Below are positions 58,658-64,000 of a DNA stretch of 64,000 nt, in pieces. Position numbers and translations under genes: made by a program. Numbering within the stretch: the stretch's first letter is position 1; each line of letters opens with the position of its first letter. Source of the stretch: Phycisphaeraceae bacterium (GTDB lineage Bacteria > Planctomycetota > Phycisphaerae > Phycisphaerales > Zrk34); the NCBI GenBank assembly GCA_040905565.1, contig JBBDRF010000092.1:1-64000 (forward strand), in the 5' to 3' direction. Below the pieces are notes generated by a model. The model saw only the letters and a list, made by a program, of their open reading frames with translations. It did no database searches and had not been told where the DNA came from.

Positions 58658-59353
58658 TCACGCTTTGGTGGCGCGAGCCTTGGCCGCGGCAAGGCGTTCT
58701 TCGATTCGGTGCTTGCGGGAGAGGTCTTCGAGTTCCGCGAGCTGGCCGGCGGTCTTCATGTCCGTCCCCAGGCCCTGCATGCCGGTCTGACGTTCGAGAA
58801 CGCGGTCGAAGGCGGAGCCGGCCTTGTTGACGCGCGATTCGAGATCGCTGCCGGGCCCGGGGGCACCCTCGCCATCGCCATCTGCCCCGCCGGCGGTGGT
58901 GAGCGACTGCTCACGCGTCTGGCGGTACTGTCGAAGCTCTTCACGCATCTCGCGTTTTTTGCCCTGCAAGGCGGCAACGAAACCTTCAAGTTCCTTCTCT
59001 TCGTGGCCGCATTCGTTGATGGTCGTCTCGAGCACGGGGATCTGCGCTTCGAGATCCAGCTGCCGGGCGATCGCAGCCTCGGCAAGATCTTCACGCGACT
59101 GCTGCACGGCAAGCTCGATCTGTTCGGTCAGCGCTTCGTGCTTCGTGTTCGATTCCATGAGCCGGCGCGAAGCGAGATGCTTGTTGGCCGCGACCTTGCC
59201 AAGCTCGGCACGCACTTCATCAATGGCGCCGTCGACTTCGCGAATCGCCTGTTCCATGACCAGCTCGGGGGCGGAGTTTTCGACCGCGTCGACGATCTGG
59301 TTGAACCCGCCGCTGACGATCCTGCCGACCCGTGCGGTGATGCCTTCTTTCAT
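58658..59353 (-). CDS. PspA/IM30 (bacterial ESCRT-III) family protein
   Basis: Amphipathic N-helix RVGRIVSG...DAVE...PE.VMEQAIRE, REDLAEAAI and C-terminal IEERLAAAK. Confidence 0.85.
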   Translation of the reverse strand: MKEGITARVGRIVSGGFNQIVDAVENSAPELVMEQAIREVDGAIDEVRAELGKVAANKHLASRRLMESNTKHEALTEQIELAVQQSREDLAEAAIARQLDLEAQIPVLETTINECGHEEKELEGFVAALQGKKREMREELRQYRQTREQSLTTAGGADGDGEGAPGPGSDLESRVNKAGSAFDRVLERQTGMQGLGTDMKTAGQLAELEDLSRKHRIEERLAAAKARATKA

Positions 59354-59355
59354 GA

Positions 59356-59895
59356 TCAAGCCTCCTTGGCCTTAGTAGTGGCAGCCTCAATCAGCCGCGC
59401 GATTTCGAGACTCGGCCCAAGCCGATCCGCAACAACATTCCCATCGTAACAGCGGCACTGCCGTGTTACCCCTAAACGTAAAACCGACTCGATGAGTGCA
59501 AACAGTTTGTCGGCGAGTCGGCGTTCAAGTTCCGCGAGTTCCTTGCGTTGCTCCTGGGCGGCTGCGGGCTTGGCGGAGCGTGCGTGATCTTCTGGCGGGA
59601 AGGTCATCAGCAGGGCCGCCGCTTCGCCGAGCCAGTCGCCAGTCAGGCTGACCAGTTCAGAATGTACCCGATGGCGGTGCTCCAGGTCACGCACGCGAGA
59701 GCGACCACGCTGGATAAGATCCTCGGCACGCCTGACCGCGTCGCCGAAGTCCTGAGCACCCTCCCGGCGTTCACGTGCTTCGATGATGATCGATCGCAGT
59801 TTATCGCTGGGCGTGGATGCGCCCGGGATGTCGAGCCCTGCGATGAAGGCGGCATCCTCGGCCGAGACGCGTACGCTCATCGTCACCGTTTTCAT
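59356..59895 (-). CDS. hypothetical protein with N-terminal ribbon-helix-helix-like segment
   Basis: MKTVTMSVRVSAEDAAFIA...TPSDKLRSII beta-alpha-alpha pattern; first gene of the operon. Confidence 0.6.
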   Translation of the reverse strand: MKTVTMSVRVSAEDAAFIAGLDIPGASTPSDKLRSIIIEARERREGAQDFGDAVRRAEDLIQRGRSRVRDLEHRHRVHSELVSLTGDWLGEAAALLMTFPPEDHARSAKPAAAQEQRKELAELERRLADKLFALIESVLRLGVTRQCRCYDGNVVADRLGPSLEIARLIEAATTKAKEA

Positions 59896-59943
59896 AGCCT
59901 GCCGACCTTTCGTCCACAGAGAACGTTTCGAAGCTTCATTCTT

Positions 59944-59991
59944 ATACTATGCCGTCGGCGAATGCATCTGTCAACGTTTGTTTGCATTTGT
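59944..59991 (-). promoter_or_regulatory. promoter of the PspA/flotillin operon with direct repeats
   Basis: Minus-strand TTGACA (59969-59974) and TAGTAT-like -10 (59944-59949); TGCATCTGT and TGCATTTGT 20 bp apart. Confidence 0.5.
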
Positions 59992-60017
59992 TTTCGCTGT
60001 GGTGGTGGGGGGACATG

Positions 60018-60050
60018 AAAAAACCTCCGCCACGTGTGTGACGGAGGTTC
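60018..60050 (-). terminator. Rho-independent terminator of sat
   Basis: AACCTCCG...CGGAGGTT stem; the A6 at 60018-60023 reads as a U tract on the minus strand. Confidence 0.78.
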
Positions 60051-60106
60051 TGTGTTGGCGTCGCCCCAAGTGGTTCCGGGCATCATGCGGGACCAGGTGG
60101 GGGGGG

Positions 60107-61357
60107 TCAGTTGTTTTTCATGGCGTCGGCGAGGATCTGCGACGTGCTGGGTCGCATGATGCGGGGGTCGACCATTTCGCCCTGCTGAAGCATCGCACGC
60201 ACCTGCTTGCCGGAGATGAAGACGGGCTTCTCTTCGGAGTGGTTGCTCATGAGATCGACACGGCCGATGGACTCGTAGAAAGCGGCGAAGCCGACCTTCA
60301 CGGGCTTAATCTGCAGGTCGCCCTTGAGGTTCTCGAAGATTTCCTGTGCATCGAAATCGCCCCAGATCGCTTCGCCGTCGAAGAACGGCGCGTCGGCGTG
60401 CTTGCGGCCGATGACGATGTGGGTGAAGCCCATGTTCTGGCGGTAGATCGCATGCATGACCGCTTCCTTCGGGCCGCCGTAGAACATCTTGATGTCCAGG
60501 CCGAGGAGCAGAACGCGGTCGGGGACGCTGCCGTCGACCTCTTCCCAAAGACCCTTGTCGCTGTCGCCTTCACCCATCTCGCGGCTGTTGATCAGGCGCT
60601 CGTAGGTCTGCATGCGAATCTCAGCGGAGACGTCGTCGCCCTTGGTCTCGCCGAGCAGCGGGTTCAAAACCGCGCCGGCATTCTTGCCTTCACGCAGCAG
60701 CGATTCCAGACCGTAAACAAGTGCATACTCATGAGCACGGTGCAGCGGGTTGCGTGTCTGGAAGGCCACGACGGCATCCCAGCCCTTGGTCGCCAGCAGT
60801 TCGCGGATTTCGAGCGGCGTCTTCACGTGCTCGCCGAATGCGGGGTTCTTCGGCTGCGGCAGAACAGTGACGGTGCCGCCGACGAGGTGCGTTTTGTCCG
60901 CAGCGTCGTTCTTGAGGACCATGTCCGCACCGGGGTGATCGGTACGGTCGGTGCCGTAAACAGCCTTGATGTAGCGGGGCTTGTCCCACTCGAAGACGGA
61001 GGTGATGTCGAGCGTGCCGACCGTTTCGCCGCTGTTGTTGACGAGGGCGACTTTTTCGCCAGCCTTGAGCTGCCCGGCCAGTTCGCTGGTGACGGGCAGG
61101 GAGAGCGGAATCGTCCACGCCCAGAGCTTGCCGTCGTGTTCGATGACGCTTTCATCGAGGACGCGTTCGAAGGTTTGCTGGTCCATCGGCCCGGTGAGGG
61201 GGCTGAGGGTGCCGTCGGCAAAGCGGTAGACCGTCGAAAGATCGGCATCGCTCACGGGCAGCTTGGGCAGTGCGGCGGCGTCGGTTTTGAGCTGCTCGGG
61301 GTTGTCGGCAAAGCGGTTCACTAGCGTGCCGCCGTGGGGCGTAATCAGATCGGCCAT
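60107..61357 (-). CDS. sat: sulfate adenylyltransferase
   Basis: [37 protein letters not shown] and ISGKQVR motifs. Confidence 0.93.
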   Translation of the reverse strand: MADLITPHGGTLVNRFADNPEQLKTDAAALPKLPVSDADLSTVYRFADGTLSPLTGPMDQQTFERVLDESVIEHDGKLWAWTIPLSLPVTSELAGQLKAGEKVALVNNSGETVGTLDITSVFEWDKPRYIKAVYGTDRTDHPGADMVLKNDAADKTHLVGGTVTVLPQPKNPAFGEHVKTPLEIRELLATKGWDAVVAFQTRNPLHRAHEYALVYGLESLLREGKNAGAVLNPLLGETKGDDVSAEIRMQTYERLINSREMGEGDSDKGLWEEVDGSVPDRVLLLGLDIKMFYGGPKEAVMHAIYRQNMGFTHIVIGRKHADAPFFDGEAIWGDFDAQEIFENLKGDLQIKPVKVGFAAFYESIGRVDLMSNHSEEKPVFISGKQVRAMLQQGEMVDPRIMRPSTSQILADAMKNN

Positions 61358-61536
61358 CGTTCGCGTCTCTCCGGTTGGTCCTGGGCGTTCCAGAAGCTTC
61401 TTCTAAGGGGTTTTCAAGATAGATCAGCCAGTATAGGGCCTCGACGCAGGGTGACAACACCCGCGGCGGCGGTGGGCTGCGATGGCCCGCCGACGTGTCG
61501 CGCCGCAGCTACTCAACAGGCGGTTGCGTCATGTCC

Positions 61537-64000
61537 TCAGTCGAGTTGCTCGAGTTCTTCCTGGGTCCAGGGCTTGTCACGGCCTTCGGTGGCTTCGCGG
61601 ATGGCGGTGACGAGGTCGGGGTCGACGGGGCCGGCCTGATGGTCCCACTGGCGTCGGATGTAGATAAGCAGGGCGGCGAGGCGTTCGTCGTTGATCGCGG
61701 GGTTGTCACGCATGCCTGGCATGGCCTGGTTCCATTTCTGGTCGCCTTCGGTGACGCCGGTGACGCCGTCGAGCGCGATGCGGACCAGCTTTTCGGGCGG
61801 GCCGAGCACGTATTGTGAATCCACCAGCGACGGCGCCATGCCCACCTGCCCCTGGCCGTGCAGTTGATGGCAGGCCATGCACAGGGCCATGTACATCGTC
61901 TGCCCGCGCTGGCGCAGAGCTTCGTCGGCCTCGGAGAGTTCCGCGACGACTTCCGCCGCAGCCATCTCCGCATCAGGCCAATTCAACTTCTCAGCGATGC
62001 GCTCAGCGGCGGTGCGTGTGGCTTCATCATCCGACTCGGCCAGCGCCTGCAGGGAGGTCGGCTGCGCGGGGAGATCGACAGGCGAACGGCGATCGCCCGC
62101 AGCACGTGCCATGCCCTGAAGCAGTTCGCGCCGACGCCAACCCTCTTCCGCCTGGGCTCGCTCGATCAGCATGGCGATCTCGGCGGCGCGCCCGGCGTGG
62201 AAGATGGTCGCGGAAAGTTCGCTCAGCACCGCACCGCGACCGCTTCGCGGTTCCGCCCATTCGGGAGCGTCCAGCAGGCGTTCCAAGACGGCGTACTCGT
62301 GCCCGCCGAGCCCGGTGATCACGGCCTGACGGATGTAGCGATCGTTCGGCTCGCGCGTCAGCACCTCGGCCATGGCACGCTCAGCTTTTGCATCCTCGCC
62401 CAGGAAATGACCGAGCGTGAAAGCAGCCTGCACCCGCACTGCCTGATCGTTGTCCTCGGTCAGTGCGATCACGCGCGGCAGCATGCGCTGCAGACCGGCG
62501 GGGGGTTCCTCTGCCTCGAAAAGAGTCGCAGCGGTGCGCATGGCAGCGATGCGGACCTGCGGATCGGGATCACGCAAGGCAGCGTTCACCGTGGCGGTAT
62601 CCAGTTGGCCGAGACCTTCGAGTGTCCACAGCGCGTGCAGACGGCCAAGCGCTGCACGACCGTTCTGCGCCAGCGACCTGAGTGGGCGTGCCGCTTCCTC
62701 ATCTTGCCGCTGCACGAGCAGGCGCTGGGCGGTATCGCGGTGCCAGCCGTTGTCGTGCGAAAGATACTGCACCAGCTCGGCGGTGGTGGCTTGCTCGAAG
62801 GCGGGAGGCTGCTGGCGGGTCGGCTCTTCCTCACGCACGATGCGGTAGATGCGGCCGAGGCCGACGGGCTTATCCAGCCCCTGCTCAAGGATGTAGTTAC
62901 GCAGGTAGGTGGTGACGTAGACCTTGTGCTGGAGGATGCCGCGGTAGAGGTCGAGGACGTAGATGCTGCCGTCGGGTGCGTTGTAGATGCCGACGGGCCG
63001 GAAGCGTTCATCGGTGGAAGCGAGGAAATCCCGCTTTTCCCAGTCGGGATCCTCGTAGGTGATGTGCTCAGCTTTGAGTTCCACGCCTTCTTCCTGCATG
63101 CGGAAGTGGGCGATGGTGTTGGCGCCTGGTTCGGGGATGAACGCGTCGCCGACGTAATCGGGGCCGAACTGGTCGCCTCGGTAGATGAGGGCGTCGGAGA
63201 TGGCGGTAACGGTGTTCAGGCGACCGTCTTCACGCAGTTGGCCGTCGATGTAGCCGCGGTTCACGCCCGGGTTGATCCGGATGGGGAAGGCCTTGTTGGA
63301 GTTGACGATGTTGGCGTTAATGCCGTGCCTGGCGCGCCAGCTGCTGTTGCGGGTGAGGTAATGATCGGGGAAGTAGTCGGCGTAGAGATAGTGGGAGTTG
63401 TGGTTGTAGTAGAGCCGGCCGACGTTGTCCTGGGTTAGGCCCCACTGGCCTCGGAAGTGGGTTTGGGTTTCCTCGGCGATTTCGCCGTTGCGGACCTTGA
63501 ATCGCAGGGAGGATTTCGCGTTGTAGATCCAGTTATCCAGGCTGAGCATCAGGGCGTTGTCGGTATGTTCGACCGGGCCCTGCCGGGCGTAATCGCGGAG
63601 CTTGGTCTGGCGGTCTGATTTCAGGTCGCCGTCGAGGTCTTCGCAGAACCAGAGGTTCGGCGGTTCGGAGACGAGGACGCCGCCGTCGACGATGGAGATG
63701 GCGCGGGGCATGACCAGTTCATCGAGGAAGACGGTGGATTGATCCATATTGCCGTCGCCGGTGGTGTCTTCGAGGACGACGACGCGCCCGACCGGCTCAT
63801 CTTCACCGCTGCCGTCGACGTTCGGCATGAACCCTCGCATCTCGACGACCCACAGACGTCCCTCACCGTCGATGGCCATGGCGACGGGATCTTCGACCAG
63901 CGGCTCAGCGGCGACCAGTTCGATGCGGAAGCCCGGGGCAATGCGGAACGTCTCCAGCGCGTCGGCGGGCTCGACAACGGGGGCAGGGGGGACGTCCATG
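61537..64000 (-). CDS. PVC-type dehydrogenase-domain / HEAT-repeat / cytochrome c protein, probably 5'-truncated by window edge
   Basis: LVAAEPLVEDPVAM..D..GRLWVVEM, FLASTDERFRPV, PDGSIY, RLHALWTLEG and C-terminal CMACH...AMPG. Confidence 0.85.
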   Translation of the reverse strand, partial: MDVPPAPVVEPADALETFRIAPGFRIELVAAEPLVEDPVAMAIDGEGRLWVVEMRGFMPNVDGSGEDEPVGRVVVLEDTTGDGNMDQSTVFLDELVMPRAISIVDGGVLVSEPPNLWFCEDLDGDLKSDRQTKLRDYARQGPVEHTDNALMLSLDNWIYNAKSSLRFKVRNGEIAEETQTHFRGQWGLTQDNVGRLYYNHNSHYLYADYFPDHYLTRNSSWRARHGINANIVNSNKAFPIRINPGVNRGYIDGQLREDGRLNTVTAISDALIYRGDQFGPDYVGDAFIPEPGANTIAHFRMQEEGVELKAEHITYEDPDWEKRDFLASTDERFRPVGIYNAPDGSIYVLDLYRGILQHKVYVTTYLRNYILEQGLDKPVGLGRIYRIVREEEPTRQQPPAFEQATTAELVQYLSHDNGWHRDTAQRLLVQRQDEEAARPLRSLAQNGRAALGRLHALWTLEGLGQLDTATVNAALRDPDPQVRIAAMRTAATLFEAEEPPAGLQRMLPRVIALTEDNDQAVRVQAAFTLGHFLGEDAKAERAMAEVLTREPNDRYIRQAVITGLGGHEYAVLERLLDAPEWAEPRSGRGAVLSELSATIFHAGRAAEIAMLIERAQAEEGWRRRELLQGMARAAGDRRSPVDLPAQPTSLQALAESDDEATRTAAERIAEKLNWPDAEMAAAEVVAELSEADEALRQRGQTMYMALCMACHQLHGQGQVGMAPSLVDSQYVLGPPEKLVRIALDGVTGVTEGDQKWNQAMPGMRDNPAINDERLAALLIYIRRQWDHQAGPVDPDLVTAIREATEGRDKPWTQEELEQLD

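Noticed and set aside
200..63977. Many long antisense or alternate-frame ORFs (e.g. 880-2241 +, 3715-5838 -, 38101-39825 +, 59783-61324 +, 61858-63438 +)
   Set aside because: They are shadows of well-supported genes in GC-rich DNA and have no recognisable motifs

Overview
GC-rich bacterial chromosome segment, almost certainly from a planctomycete (probably Phycisphaerae). The assignment rests on the PVC-signature small basic protein, a PVC-type heme-binding CxxCH protein and a planctomycete-style GspK. Most genes are housekeeping (leuC, dinB, pgi, rsmA, trpD, tig, clpX, coaC, rpoZ, purD, hemL, sat). There is also an 11-gene type II secretion-like cluster (E-F-G-H-I-J-K-L-M-C-D) and a separate nuoJKLMN membrane-arm operon. 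I found no CRISPR array, tRNA/rRNA gene, transposase or integrase. The best candidates for poorly described systems are: (1) a four-gene operon encoding an RHH-like regulator, PspA, YqiJ and flotillin, a possible membrane-remodelling module; (2) a Cys-rich MetOD1/V4R-like protein translationally coupled to a PAS3-histidine kinase-receiver hybrid; (3) an NsrR-like regulator facing a truncated hemoglobin and an in-frame 2Fe-2S/FAD reductase, a possible split flavohemoglobin; (4) a ~150-nt structured RNA between a promoter and a U-tract just upstream of tig. Other patterns are repeated leaderless-type promoters, three types of short inverted repeat, and G/C skew that flips over a few kb regardless of gene direction. 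All assignments come from motif recognition by eye; no database searches were run.
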